A stretch of DNA of 63,798 nt, counting the filler, from Salisapilia sapeloensis CBS 127946 (taxonomy: Eukaryota > Protista > Oomycota), in the NCBI GenBank assembly GCA_023334545.1. It is 13 parts of 13 records of this genome, joined end to end, with 100 filler letters (N's around TTAATTAATTAA, not from the genome) between each part and the next. Parts side by side here need not be neighbours in the genome. Positions count along the whole stretch, not along the records: positions 1 to 15,535 come from JAADVB010000368.1; positions 15,636 to 21,697 come from JAADVB010000578.1; positions 21,798 to 29,048 come from JAADVB010000524.1; 10 more parts are not named here. One strand, given 5' to 3'. The position numbers and the translations under genes are program-made. The notes below the pieces were generated by a model. That model was given only the letters and a program-made list of their open reading frames with translations. It was not told the origin of the DNA and ran no database searches. This document shows positions 12,301 through 22,800 of the stretch, piece by piece. How positions within the stretch are numbered: the stretch's first letter is position 1; each line of letters opens with the position of its first letter.

Positions 12301-12732
12301 CATACGAGTGAGTTCTCTGACGATGCACCGTTCGCCAACCCATCTCGATCGCTCTTACTACCTGACGTCATCTGCGTCCATTGCAACCTCCGTCGGACGA
12401 TTGACTTGTGTCGAGACAGTCAGTTGGAAGAAGACGAGCCGTGGAAGTGTACGCGATGTCATGCTCTGTATGATGTCAACGCTATCGAGATGTGGCTCGT
12501 GGAGAAGGCCACGGCGAAGTCGCTTCAGTATCAACTGCAGGACCCGACGTGCAGCAGGTGTCAGTTGCCCATGGAGAGTAAGCTACAGCTAGTGTGTACA
12601 TGTGCTGGGGATCTCGGAACACTTGCGACGAAGAGGAGTGAGATGGAAGAGACGCTTGAAGTCTTGCATCGACTTGGCAAGAAGCACGGGTTTGAATACC
12701 TTGTAGAAGTTGTGGAAAGACTACAGGCATAG
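6328..12732 (+). CDS. POLE: DNA polymerase epsilon catalytic subunit A
   Basis: Exonuclease FDIEC..PLKFPD, motif A YHLDVAAMYPNII, HKCILNSFYGY, motif C ELDTDGIW and two C-terminal Cys4 fingers. Apparently intronless. First ATG is 6328 (the track start 6274 is TTG). Confidence 0.98.
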   Translation: MAPTRFNGGARGPRQSPQDRKQAEERGDALDKRLGFPLLSELVEQEIAESAGTSSSDTDTSSKPRLGWLLNFRNTTLTDALDGSGSEASAIELYFLQQDNQSFKTRIVYKPYFYVHVADGRGLEVLAFLQRRLDGLVSSVDRVKREDLDIPNHLGGKRGEFLQLSFRTVSDLLSARSVLQPIIERNKSQQKSRQAYGSTEKSTKSNPLFQFTNADDSFDVEMAADAFSGMSTAFSGDDTEAAILELREYDVPYAMRAAIDLDIRVGAWYNVTYDPSAPYSSKDVTRLPEMLEKAEPVVCAFDIECSKAPLKFPDATADQIYMISYVIDGQGYLITNREIVTEDVPDFEYTPKEDYPGPFIVFNEANEKELLQRFLDHMLEAQPHIFVTYNGDFFDWPFMQQRFFEYGISLEDELGIFLDQRTGEFRGRCSVHLDAFCWVKRDSYLPQGSQGLKAVTKYKLGYDPVEVDPEEMLPLAQENPRKMAAYSVSDALATFYLYDKYVHLFVFSLCTIIPIGSEGVLRKGSGALCEALLMVEAYKNSVISPNKQSGSLEDDPKFYNNHLVENETYVGGHVECLESGVFRADFEYDFKTDASAYQELIDRIDRDLTFALEVEMNTKVSDVANYNEIRQQIVDKLQALKNKPTRKETPLIYHLDVAAMYPNIILTNRMQPWAIVNEADCAACAFNTECGKTAVEDPDQSCQREMNWVWRGDYTPATRHEYNSLKTQLEYENFPSPSGDGNVKFDKLPKDQRQKLLKQRLKSYSSSVYKKTKLTTEEKRSVTVCMRENSFYVETVRAFRDRRYEYKGLTKTWKKKQGEAAENGDALLQVEAGTKALVYDSLQLAHKCILNSFYGYVMSKGARWRSMEMAGIVTHTGANLIKGARELVERIGRPLELDTDGIWAILPSSFPEDFTFKLTNGGDRKISYPCVMLNADVDEKFSNRQYHVYDSETGEYKVERECSISFEVDGPYKAMVLPASTDEGRLLKKRYAVFNFDHTLAELKGFELKRRGELQLIKAFQGQVFDKFLDGSNLQECYNSVATCAAQWLDVIDCRGKEMSDQELLHLITESKNMSNRLADYAGQKSTAITTAKRLGEFLGQDMVQDKGLRCEMVIANRPVGEKVTERAIPTAIFAAEPAVRKHYLRRWLGDPNLTDFTLRSVLDWGYYRQRFASTVQKIISLPAAFQHISNPVPRIELPDWMRRRVREAHAKFQQGSIRSFVQKQVPVQDVEDLFASKQQPRISPKKVLPEEEQDVSLGEAPFNEWLKNRKQKWKRLVERRKRKRDEHSNVVSKRRDVGIGMENFVTDLSSSLQTETWQVVEIQPDADVSGRVTCWVLTSVSRRLHRVTLKLPRTLYLSLISDEELDVTSRRVMRVLPRGGSKPQQLLEVQLGSLFHERDASAILTDSRVSAAYEAQTSPLTRAVCSLGGAVTLSNRHLSLRDGVEVDVHDLHQTQSNALSDWTSFGLRTALLYIAQQKQRAIIGLVLLTKQDDGTFAGDASVWIVDPVSTQRQSSSDLDRMFATLQSSILSSCSFTTFVAKDMTSAFSRVNQALAVLRDEPTFVVAQSNIGSRQRLRHRMQGLYAFPLATLSFVEEDGRFPALTWRKILAERFVSRAVEMTASLQELSRVAQYAHMPVGNLTGDPNIAALDVLYSRLLSKHQHVWWHSPSPHPDLGGKEQELLEVTEEDPVVTNKGSFDTFCVELEVDGLAVGALLVATQLEEMEGSSKGAQIDAEDGEEGSEALRHLRSLVTSLFKDVVSSKNPVADGLLQHVYRWICSSQALSYDPLLKSHVKRLMKKLFLHLIAELGRLGATIVHADSSKLLLCTGQKTQVAAERYLTFVLGTLAQQPLFQVLSFTTSRFYSHLLFLDAENYGGMVNDEIISQWDLARHLPPGVDDYLLLLIGQFLRRRVAGVEVERLVSTYLTEKLLRLVPEIASSDFEFPVLVGSHLSMDDAALELVKSLCAVLSLDSTAAEPVSRMKRTLLRLLHTSEFSDDAPFANPSRSLLLPDVICVHCNLRRTIDLCRDSQLEEDEPWKCTRCHALYDVNAIEMWLVEKATAKSLQYQLQDPTCSRCQLPMESKLQLVCTCAGDLGTLATKRSEMEETLEVLHRLGKKHGFEYLVEVVERLQA

Positions 12733-12787
12733 GATAGCGAATGAAATCAAGTACATGGCGTAGTGCATATAGCTTTTGTCCTTGTTA

Positions 12788-13786
12788 TTAAAGCTCTACG
12801 ACGACCTTACCTACGTTTCCACCCATGTTAAGCAATTCAACAGCGTCAGCTATGCTTTCGATGCCTTGGAAGACGGTCGGGTCTGTCCCTGGCTTGAGTT
12901 CTCCAGCCATCGTCTTGTCAACAAGCTCTCTCATATGGCGTTCAATACAGTCTGCGTAGTTGTACAGGAAGAAGGCACGGACGGAGGCTGACTTGGGCAG
13001 TAGAATGTTCATCAACTCCGGAGATACGATGGCGTTTTCGGTGTCCATGGTCTTGTACGACGCGATTTGTCCGAAGACGAGTACCCGTCCTTTTAAAGCG
13101 AGGTTTTGCACTGCAACCTTGAACATCTTGCCACCCACAGCCTCAAAGACAAGATCGATTCCATTCGGATACTCCGATTGCAGAACTTGATTCATATCTT
13201 CCTCCTTGTAGTTGATGACTCGATCACACCCGATCGACTTTAGCTGCTCGACTTTGGCTCGAGAGCTGCATGTGCCAATGACGTGGTTACCGGCGATCTT
13301 CGCGAGTTGGACAGCAAACTGGCCGGATGCACCTGCAGCAGCCGTCACCAAAACAGTTTCGTTCGAGACTAGCTGTCCGACTTGCTCCAGTGCGATGGAA
13401 GCAGAGACACCGGCGAGCATAATCGGTAGCAATGCAGGTGAAAGCTTTGGGGCTTTGAAAAGCTTTGTCACGGGCACGAGGACGTACTCTGCGAATGCTC
13501 CACGTAGCTGGAAAGTGACCGCATCTCCGGGATGGAAACTGACTACATTATCGCCGACGCTTTCAACTAGTCCAGCTCCTTCCATGCCGCAATCGTACGG
13601 CATGGTCAAATCCGAATAGTATCCACCGTTCGGAAGCAATTCGCCAGCATTAATACCAACGTATTTGGTTTTAACGAGAACATGATCTGCTGGTGGAGAT
13701 GGAATCTCTGGTATTTGGACGACTTTTGTTGCCGCTGCAAAGTCCTTTGTGTCGGCAACGACCTGGAGCTTTTGGAACGACGGCAT
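12788..13786 (-). CDS. MDR-family zinc-independent NADPH oxidoreductase (prostaglandin reductase 3 / ZADH2-like)
   Basis: YVGINAGE, GMEGAG, VLVTAAAGASGQFAVQLAK, GNVGKVVVEL. First ATG is 13786. Confidence 0.85.
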   Translation of the reverse strand: MPSFQKLQVVADTKDFAAATKVVQIPEIPSPPADHVLVKTKYVGINAGELLPNGGYYSDLTMPYDCGMEGAGLVESVGDNVVSFHPGDAVTFQLRGAFAEYVLVPVTKLFKAPKLSPALLPIMLAGVSASIALEQVGQLVSNETVLVTAAAGASGQFAVQLAKIAGNHVIGTCSSRAKVEQLKSIGCDRVINYKEEDMNQVLQSEYPNGIDLVFEAVGGKMFKVAVQNLALKGRVLVFGQIASYKTMDTENAIVSPELMNILLPKSASVRAFFLYNYADCIERHMRELVDKTMAGELKPGTDPTVFQGIESIADAVELLNMGGNVGKVVVEL

Positions 13787-15382
13787 CGTGGACTGAATGC
13801 GAGTCGGCAAGCTATCAATTCTAAAATGGTTCGACACTCCAAATCACGGTGGATGTAAAACATTTGCAAACAAATTCCAGATGATTCGTTAAGATAGCTG
13901 ATGACAAGTACAGACCGAAGCCAAGCAATTAAAACGTAAGTTCGACAGTTGGATGGCTTGCCTAGGATAAATAAGATTATAGTGTGCTCGAATGGTGTCT
14001 TCGACTGTTTGTTTCCAGATAAATTTGTCATCAGTTGACATGTCTAGCTTGGCAACAGGGCTATTGAGCTAAAGTTGTGCTTGATTAGGAATTAATTTCC
14101 TTTCGTGTGACGATCGAAGTTGATGAAGATGCTAAAGACATGTAGCCATCAGCTATTTTGATGAATAGACTCAATAATGTTCCGAAAATACATGTCGAGG
14201 ATGTCATCCGTCACTACGATGACCACAAATAGAAGTATTACTTGCTTTTGGTTGATATCGGAAGGTATTCAATGTACAGTGTCATCCACGATGGAAGTGC
14301 ATGTATTAAATCAAAGCCTGTGTCGAAACCGTGAAAACTATTGATTCTACATACGAGGTGGCTTTCATAACAACAATGATACTACGGGATGTACCAGCGA
14401 AAAGTTGGGTTCATTGACTGCATCTCTGGAGTAAAGAAGTATTCTGTATAGAGCAAGGGTCGAATGTATCCGCTCTGGGTTTCTATAACAAAGCGTTTAT
14501 GTTGCTTGGAGGACTTCGCACGCACAATATGTCCTTTCCCTGAAGATCGCGGTACAGTGGTACTGAAAGCTACATTCGATAGTAATGGTAACGCCTAAAC
14601 GGAACGGTCGACCTTTCTGTCCATCTAGGATACACTTTTCACCCCCTCAACGTAACTACCATCGACTCAACTTGGGCTCGTATGGCATAGGTGCTATAGG
14701 TCATGCGCCTTCTCAAAAGTCATTATGGTCGGTAAAATGAAACTCTGACAATTGATGGTGCAGGCTTCGGATACGCTGTTTTTAAATGTCGCATCTGACC
14801 GAATACTATATCTTCAAAATGTTGTACTTGGGCTGCTAATCTTTATATCTAGTGTGGGCACAGAGGTTGCTAGAAACCACTTCAAGAAACTTACTGGAAG
14901 CTTTCTTGGTGCTATGCCATTTGTGACTTAAACCGATAGCTCAAAGGTCGTAAATGATAGCGAGGAAACCAAATCAATGGATACAGCTACATTGTCCGTG
15001 CTCATGTAAATATAAATAAAATCTTTTAATGGATGATGCAGCATGTTGGAGAGTACTCCTAGCTCATCCTATGCTGACCATACTGGAACAATTTAATGCA
15101 TCTTCTCCTGTCCAGCATGACGTGAGTTGAGTGATGTATTGAAGTCTATATCTTTCTATAGTTGAAAAACGTCCATTCGATCAAGTCTTCCGACCAGACG
15201 TCTGCACTGTTACAATTCCTTCTATATTATGCGAATACGCGATATACGTTCGTCTTCAGCCTACGCAAGTCCTACTTCGTACACTATTTGCCTCATTTCC
15301 GGATTTACCTCCAAAGTCTCAAGTGCGCTACCCAGACAAATCTTCTACTGCCCGATATTGACGGATATACCACCTACTCAAG

Positions 15383-15535
15383 ATGAAAAGTACCGAGCAC
15401 ACCGATATGGTGCACAAAATCACCGCACGCATCGATGCGATCGGTGAGAAGCACCCGGGCGTGGTCATGGGGCTCTCGTGGTGGTACATCCAGCTCATCT
15501 TCCTCTCCGGTATCGGTTGGGCCATGGACTCGATG
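15383..15535 (+). CDS. MFS transporter (SV2/NiaP-like), 5' fragment cut by a spacer
   Basis: IDAIG...YIQLIFLSGIGWAMDSM resembles the first TM 'GxGWxxDxM' motif of SV2/NiaP-type sugar-porter MFS proteins. An Inr-like CTCATTTCC lies about 90 nt upstream. Confidence 0.55.
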
Positions 15536-16472
15536 NNNNNNNNNNNNNNNNNNNNNNNNNNNNNNNNNNNNNNNNNNNNTTAATTAATTAANNNNNNNNN
15601 NNNNNNNNNNNNNNNNNNNNNNNNNNNNNNNNNNNACTTTAATGGATAGAATTACAAAACTTGAATCCCATTTTTGCTGGACCGTTATGCAGCACAAACA
15701 TGACCAAACTTTTCGTATCCGGAGTGGAAGAATGCCATTGGTCTAGTACTGAAGAATCTTACCTCAATCAACTAGAACTAGTTCGCAACTGACAAGTTTC
15801 ACAACTTCGCTTTTGGAGAGCCGTAGGATGTGATACAACTATGCATCAAGATTAGTTTAAAAAACAAGTTCGTCAGGTAAATTTAGTGAAACCACCATTA
15901 ATAGGCAATGCTACCATTATGGAAGGGGTCGAATAAACAAGCACCTATCCATCCTACACGACTACTTTCCAAACCCTGCAAGGCGCTGCATTAGCCAGTA
16001 TTGCCTAGCGTAGAAAGGTCGACTCATCTTTGTGAATCCAAAAAGGTAGAAGTAGATTAGCTAGGAAGCTTTGTCGGAGGCATGGCCAACATCAATATAG
16101 ATCCATTTGCTGACGAGCGTTCGAGACTTCTTGCGATCAACACATTAAAATACCCATGTCTTAAATTGATAAGTTGAACAATGATATATCATAGCCTTTC
16201 GTTCGCTGATATTCAAAAGTCAGAACAATTTCACTTGGATAGTCAACGTTGCTCAATGTGTATCTCTTTTCATACTTACCATATAACCTATGATTAATAA
16301 AATGGCGTCTATGATATACTCCACATGCATCTGTCCATGTCTTTATCAGAAACCCGATAGTTGCACTACCATTTCTACAGCTTATATTCTATACGCAGCT
16401 TTCGACTAGTGTGTAAGTATGATCATCATGCGCCAAATGTCTTCACTTTAACCAAAAGTTAACTTGTTGTTC

Positions 16473-17240
16473 TTACAGGGGGCACACTTTGTCGAAGAAA
16501 GCCTCAGCCTCTTCCCAGGCCTTCTCAGCAGCTTCCTTCACAACCGGGTTGCTCAGATCGCCACGAATAACCCATCCGTGGTTCGTGCCAGGGAAGGTCG
16601 TCGAGTTGGTGTTGGCACCAATGTCTGCCCTGTCCTTCATAATCTTAAACGCTTCACCACCTTGCATGAGGGTCTGGATGTCGTCCTCGGCACAGCAAAG
16701 AAGCTGAGGCACCTTCACACTCTCCGCAAGCTTTTCGACGGCCTTGTCGTCGCCCGTCGTGACCTTCTCCAATTGCCAGCTCGGGTGGAAAGAGACGTGA
16801 CCAGCGATGACGGGCGTATCCTTCGCCGACTGCTTGGCACCGACCCAACCACCGTGACAGTAGCCGTAACTAGCAAGACGCTCCACCTTGGCTTCCGACT
16901 GAAGGTAATTGATAGCATCGTTCACATGCTTGTCAATGTTGTTGTCGAACGGATGCTTGGACATGTAACTTGGGATGTCCGACAAGTTGTCTGGGGTCAA
17001 ATAGTCTCCGTTGCCAACGTCGACAAACACAACAGCATATCCTTTCTGGCCCATACGGTCAGCATTGGCCTTAGCACGACCACTGTCAAGGCCGAAGATA
17101 TCCGGGAAAGCGACGAGTCCGGCCTTGGCCGTGGCTGGACCAGTCACATACAAATTCGTTTCGCCATGTTTCTTCATCGTACCCATGCTTCCAGGTTCGG
17201 CAGCACGGGTGCCTTCAGCGGTGGATGGACAGCAGCTCAT
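16473..17240 (-). CDS. Dienelactone hydrolase family protein
   Basis: N-terminal CC, PDIFG, nucleophile GYCHGG, AEDD and HGWVIRG. Intronless. Confidence 0.9.
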   Translation of the reverse strand: MSCCPSTAEGTRAAEPGSMGTMKKHGETNLYVTGPATAKAGLVAFPDIFGLDSGRAKANADRMGQKGYAVVFVDVGNGDYLTPDNLSDIPSYMSKHPFDNNIDKHVNDAINYLQSEAKVERLASYGYCHGGWVGAKQSAKDTPVIAGHVSFHPSWQLEKVTTGDDKAVEKLAESVKVPQLLCCAEDDIQTLMQGGEAFKIMKDRADIGANTNSTTFPGTNHGWVIRGDLSNPVVKEAAEKAWEEAEAFFDKVCPL

Positions 17241-17274
17241 AGTTCTATTCGGAGTAGACTTGGTAGTAGCTCGG

Positions 17275-17290
17275 AAATTGTAGAATGAGG
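17275..17290 (-). promoter_or_regulatory. Oomycete Inr/FPR core promoter of the dienelactone hydrolase gene
   Basis: CCTCATTCTACAATTT matches GCTCATTYYNCAWTTT at 15/16 positions, about 35 nt upstream of ATG 17240. Confidence 0.8.
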
Positions 17291-19872
17291 AAATAAGTCA
17301 GTGGCCAATTGCCAATCTTGAAGAGATGTTATACATTGAGACCTTCGTTTCAACTTTGTCATGACCCTTCTTCTTTATCTAATTTTACACCAGCGATTGC
17401 TAAGACGGAGACACCACTAGTATGCAAATCCATTCTTTATAAACTGTCGGTAGACATGCTCTACACACGGACATCCCCTCAAGATTGCGATTACGTATTC
17501 TAGTATCCATTAACGTCTCCCCACCTCAAGAGATAAATCGAGAAGGTAGAGTACCTAAAATGATTGAATGGTAACCCAGCACCTACCCAGTGATGGTTGG
17601 GCGTAGGTACTCGAATTTGACTATTAACTTTAACACATTTTATAGTTAGAGTGACTATGATAAACGATCTTAGTCACTCTGGAGGAAGGCGAGCTTCATC
17701 GGCACGCCATAATACGAAGAAGACTCGATTATGATTACCATGATCGTTGTCAAAGCACCTGGTTTCCGAATGGGAGCAACTCGAGTAGGAAACCTTGTCT
17801 TTGGTATGAGTGTATCACTGTTTGCAAACCAAACCTGTTGTCATCAACATGCACATCGTATGATTTATTCCGCTCCCTTAGCTGCAAATTTGTATACATT
17901 TTACTTGCAGTGTTCTTGTCGTGGTACTGCTCGTGCTTCAACTCTTTGCAAAATGTCCAGTGCTTTTCTTCTTGATGATCTAGCGAGCGATCATGGAGTT
18001 CAAAATGAATTGGAAACAATGATCGATCACTTAAACTCTTTTATTTGGTCCTGTTTCTCGGCTGCATCGAAGACAAAAGCTGAAGACTGGCGACATATTC
18101 GAAATGAGTTTGAAAGCGATAAAGAAGTTTAATATCTTAACGAGTCCGTTTTACCCATTTCGATTCGACTAAAGAAATATGAGCTGCTCCTGCCAGTGTG
18201 TTTTTGTAGCCAATCAAAAGCTATCACGCTAAGCATCTATGACAAGTGAATGCACACTGTAGCGTCCGATGAGGACAAAAGCGCCTACACATATCAGAAA
18301 CATTCACTTGGTTCGTCTAAGCTTAAGAGGGCAACATTAATAGGTGAACACCTCATTTTAAATGTGACGACCTTGGCCTGGTACTAAGAATTGCTTAGTT
18401 GATTACCACGACTAATGGAGTAACTCCATAGGAAGCAGGTCTACTAAATTTCCTCCTTAGCTACCACGTAAATCACAATCGTTGATATCCTTTTATGTTA
18501 ATTGGGTGTGGCGGAACGAATAAATCGAGCACTCAGAGATGCTGTATCACCCGCCTGACATAGCATCTTAGAGTAGAATAAGCTCTTTATATTGATAATG
18601 AAGACTCTATGAAGACTTTAGACACGAAAAACCGATTGTACTTCTTTCTGTTTGGTGCTTTTGGTGGCATGACGGGCCGATTTTATCAGCATCTAACTTT
18701 TGCTTTTGGCTATCACAGTCTACTTTAGCAGAAATCGTGCGATAGAATTCTCTATCCTCCACGGCGCTACTAAAGCTCTTCAATTAGTAACCGACGTCTC
18801 CACTGCCATTGCTGTGTTTCGCATGGACCTTATGATCGCGTAGTCTATAAGGCATTTGTAAGCACAAAGCCGATCCTCGAGATGAGCCCACACTTCTCTT
18901 GAGCCTTTTACATGTCTGTTACAACAGCTCGCTCGACGTACAAGAAACCTTCCAACATTTTCATACGGATCGCTTCCAACTATTTATCGGCAACAACTTC
19001 TACAAGCGTCCTGGACTGACATCTTCGACATTAACGTGACACGACACTGCATCTCAGCACCTTAACATAGGCAATATAACGCTCAGATGTCCACTCGCTT
19101 GCTCTTCAATCTACTCGTGAGCTTCCAGATATCATCCTCTGGTCTTTCGCTTTCTATCTTGAGGTGTGTTCCTACAAACTTCAAGTGGAGATACTTGGAA
19201 AGACGGATGGGGTTTTCAGCGAGCTCTCATGAGGCAAGGAATGGCATGTAGAGTCTCTGGACCATCCCATTATACGCTTTGGAGTGCGCTCTATCTATCC
19301 ATGTCAAATTTGGACATTCGGAAAATCAAAGGTTTTGGTGGTCGACTCGAGATCGCTACTTCGCTGTCCGCATGCTCGAGTGTTCGCTCGATCCGCGACT
19401 TTTCGAGATCATACAAAAAGCTAGTGAGCTAGAATTCGCAACACTTTCTTTACAGTCAGCGCTGTTGGTTTGAACGACTAGCTTTTTGTATGCCTCAGAG
19501 CAGCCAAGCCGCCAACAAAACATCCTCGAGCGCAAAACCCAAGACAGCGAGCTTGAGTCGACAACCCTACTCGTTTTTCAAAATTCCAATTTTGGCATAT
19601 ACGAATAGAGAATGCTCGAAAGTATGTAGTGGACTGATCTAGAGTGTCTACAAGTCGTTCCTTCATCTCTAAAATGATCAAAGTATGTCTACGACCGCTC
19701 AAGATACACCGAGTACTGGGCGACTTCATCACTATCCGAGATTGCCACGCATGTGCTATTTATTCGGATCACGGTCAAATGTCGTAAAATTTCTTGAACA
19801 GGGCATTTTATGATAAAACGACAACATACTCGTCCACCAGGCAATTCCCACTCAAAGTAATACTCGGAATAA

Positions 19873-20319
19873 ATGGCAGACACATTTAGCAGCGATTTGC
19901 TCGCGAGTCTTCCGTCACAAACTAAACATGTGACTGCTACAAAGGAAGGCATGGTATCAGCGTTCACTGGGCTAGACTTAAAGCGCGAGAATGACGCCAA
20001 GACCTCTGCATCATCAAAAGGCTTGCTCCAGTCCAAGCAAGACGACAAGCGTGCTGAGCAACGTCACGATGCTTTACGAAAAGCAAATAAGCAGGCAAAG
20101 CAGCAAGAAGAGAAAAACAGACCCGAGACAGCACTCACACAGGCCTTAGGTGCCTTCCACGATGAAGTGAGCGAGTCGAGTGCACTCCGAGCAAGTAATC
20201 GGAAACTGCCAGAGCATGGCTATGGTCCATGCAGTCGACGTCGAACAGCTCGTCGTGCTGGCAGTAGTATTGGCCGATCAAAACAAAAGCAAAGACGACA
20301 AAAGTATGGACATATCTAA
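19873..20319 (+). CDS. Hypothetical 148-aa basic coiled-coil protein
   Basis: ATG ORF with a helical K/Q/E-rich core and an Arg/Lys-rich C-terminus (possible NLS/NoLS). Convergent with ATP11. No family recognised. Confidence 0.55.
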   Translation: MADTFSSDLLASLPSQTKHVTATKEGMVSAFTGLDLKRENDAKTSASSKGLLQSKQDDKRAEQRHDALRKANKQAKQQEEKNRPETALTQALGAFHDEVSESSALRASNRKLPEHGYGPCSRRRTARRAGSSIGRSKQKQRRQKYGHI

Positions 20320-20381
20320 AATCCGAATGGACATGCCTTTAGAATGAAAGAGTCTATTGTGCATGACGTCGCCAAGAAGAC

Positions 20382-21054
20382 TCACTGGATGGCTTTTCGA
20401 TACGTCTCAAAGTCGAATTCCTCCGGCCGGTTGTTAAACTGGTCCACAAACTCATACAGGTCCTCACGCGTATAAGTAGCTAGCACCTGCTGCAGTAGTT
20501 TGTCCGATTCCTACTCAAATAAAATGTCAGCTCCATGCTTTCTTTGCCTTTCAAGCATTAAATACTACTTTTTCATCGAGCAGATTGGAGATATCGCCAC
20601 GAATGAGTGCAATACCCTTGGATTCGACTAGCTCATCGTACAGTGAAATGGTGAGGCAAGGAGGCGCTTGCGTCGGGTTCTCCTTAAATGCCTCCAATGT
20701 CGTCAAGAGAAAGCAGCTTTCTTGGAATTGACACAACATGTTAAAGAAGCCGTCACTGCGGTACACTGGGAAGATGAAGAAGGCACTGTTTGCAGCTCGC
20801 TCCACTAAGCTATGGTAGCTTGATGCTGGAAGCGTCGTGGCCACTGCATCATCCTTTTCTTCGTGATACTTTGACCAGATCGACTTCACTTGGTCCACAG
20901 GTTCCTGCGCTAGTAGATCCATTTTCACGACCTGATCCAGCGACCTCGGCGCAGGGAACGAGAAGCCTCCACCTGAGCCTGATTCCGAAGACATGCATCG
21001 CCTGGCAATGGTACTCATTCGCCCCCATTGGACTCCACGTCGAAGCATATTCAT
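20382..21054 (-). CDS. ATP11: Mitochondrial F1-ATPase assembly factor ATP11/ATPAF1, 2 exons
   Basis: Mitochondrial presequence, PRSLDQVVK, FFIFPVYR and YDELVESKGIALIRG. Intron 20568-20511; exon 2 encodes FVDQFNNRPEEFDF...*. Confidence 0.9.
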
Positions 21055-21797
21055 CGTCTTGCGAGTACTCGGTTGTAAAATGTCAGGCGCGTACCAGACA
21101 AATTACTTGCCTTTTGTATGAAGTGACCTTATTTGAACATTTTGATCGCATTGCAAAAAAACTTGGATAAAGTATGTTTGACTCGACTCATGTTCTTAAA
21201 TGCGCAGGACAGAAAGCGCCGATAAAAGCGAAAGCCAAGTTACCACAGCATCTTCGTGCTGCTTAAAAGGTCAAAGCATCGATCTTATCGCCATGAACAC
21301 ATATATCGATCCTACGAAACGATATGACATTGAGTATTCCTAAGCTGCTCGGGGTAAAGTTGCTCTCGTTACATTTGCTTCTTCGCCTTTAGTTTAAATT
21401 ATGCTTATTGATGGTGAATAGAAAGTACACAAGAAGTATCTTTCATTTTCACTTCTAAAGTCAGAGCTCTATTCTACAACCTTATCTTCCTTGCTCTATT
21501 GAATAAATAAGCAGCTAGATCAATTCCTTCTTTTACTCAACACTAAGGCTGTAATCGTGCTGCATAACGGTCCAGCAAAAATGGGATTCAAGTTTTGTAA
21601 TTCTATCCATTAAAGTCGAATCGGACACCTCTGCGTTCATTGAGAATAGACGATATAGCTTTGCCACTGGCTAATGGAAACCCAACGTAACACTCTANNN
21701 NNNNNNNNNNNNNNNNNNNNNNNNNNNNNNNNNNNNNNNNNTTAATTAATTAANNNNNNNNNNNNNNNNNNNNNNNNNNNNNNNNNNNNNNNNNNNN

Positions 21798-21844
21798 CGG
21801 TCCTTCATCGGGGGCTTGGCACCGGCGTCGTTGGCAGAGTTCAT
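21798..21844 (-). CDS. 5' stub (MNSANDAGAKPPMKDR) of a LEA-like repeat gene at the contig edge
   Basis: Part of the 141-nt block 21798-21938, which is identical to 28908-29048. Confidence 0.7.
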
Positions 21845-22800
21845 CTTGGATACTGTGGTTGTGGTGGTGGTTGTCTTGTGCTGCTCGTAGCAAATTTGAG
21901 AATGACCTCTTCCTCCTCCTCCAAAGGTAGATCATGGCTCCAGTGCAGGACGTACGCCGGAGCAGTTCGACAGTCTTCTCCATCCATCCTCCGCAAGTAC
22001 ATGATTTTATCTCATACTCAGACGAATTTTTACTATCGGTTTCGCAGATTGAAAAATATCGGCCCCCGAGGATGACAGCTGCCGAGACTTTCGAAGCATA
22101 GCATAGAGACAGTGGTACTCGCCGGAGCGGAGATTATACTTTTGGGCATCTCCCACCAAAATAGTAGCAGCCTCACCAGGACGAAACGGATGGTAAATCA
22201 GGGAACCCGATCGATGCGAGATCTTGGATGTTCGTGCCCTTGTGGCTTGTGGTAACTTGGATCGATTTGGACAGAGCTTTGGCGAGGTGACCAAGGCTGA
22301 GACGGTGCCATACGGATAGAATCCTATCGGTGGCGGATGCGGTGGGCGTGGCTGCAGCTTGGTGCTCTCATTTCCAACTAGACCATTGCCACTTGGGTGG
22401 CGGGTATGACAGTAGCTATGCCAACCACAGATTAGAGCCTTCGTAGAGAAGCGATGGAAGTGAAGGGCACAGAACCCGAGCTGTAGAACGGTGATCTACG
22501 AAAGGGGATAGAGGATGACTCCGATGGAAATAAGTAAAAAGCATCTTTCTGCAATCTATTCGCATGCGTTTGGACTGGTGTCTATGGCCGAAAGTGTCGT
22601 TATCCCTTCCAACATATACCCGCAGACTGTTCCTTAGAGACGGATCATTCTGGTCGCTTATCCTGGAAATGCCGCGGACATTGCCTCGACGATGCGCAGA
22701 GATGCCAGACACTTCTCCCGCTCTACTTCGTCTCCGACGCACTCAGCGATTCGCGTCGTCGAGCCCAAGCCACTCTATCCACCCAAGTTACCACACGACA

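Larger units (their letters stand above)
15636..21616. repeat. 60-nt perfect inverted repeat pair (15636-15695 / 21557-21616) near both ends of one contig
   Basis: ACTTTAATGGATAG...GTTATGCAGCAC is the exact reverse complement of 21557-21616. Confidence 0.9.

Noticed and set aside
15580-15591. Recurrent TTAATTAATTAA palindrome as a regulatory or recombination site
   Set aside because: It is always centred in N44...N44, so it is an artificial six-frame-stop linker.
16464-17288. 274-aa plus-strand ORF overlapping the dienelactone hydrolase
   Set aside because: Antisense shadow of a codon-biased gene, with no motifs or promoter of its own.
17548-17616. Imperfect inverted repeats (ACCTAC-CCA / TGGGCGTAGGT) as a structured RNA or MITE
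   Set aside because: Short and imperfect, with no second copy in the window.
17731-19750. Scattered 80-130-aa ORFs and possible small exons upstream of the 19873 gene
   Set aside because: No consistent exon chain or recognisable motif could be established by eye.
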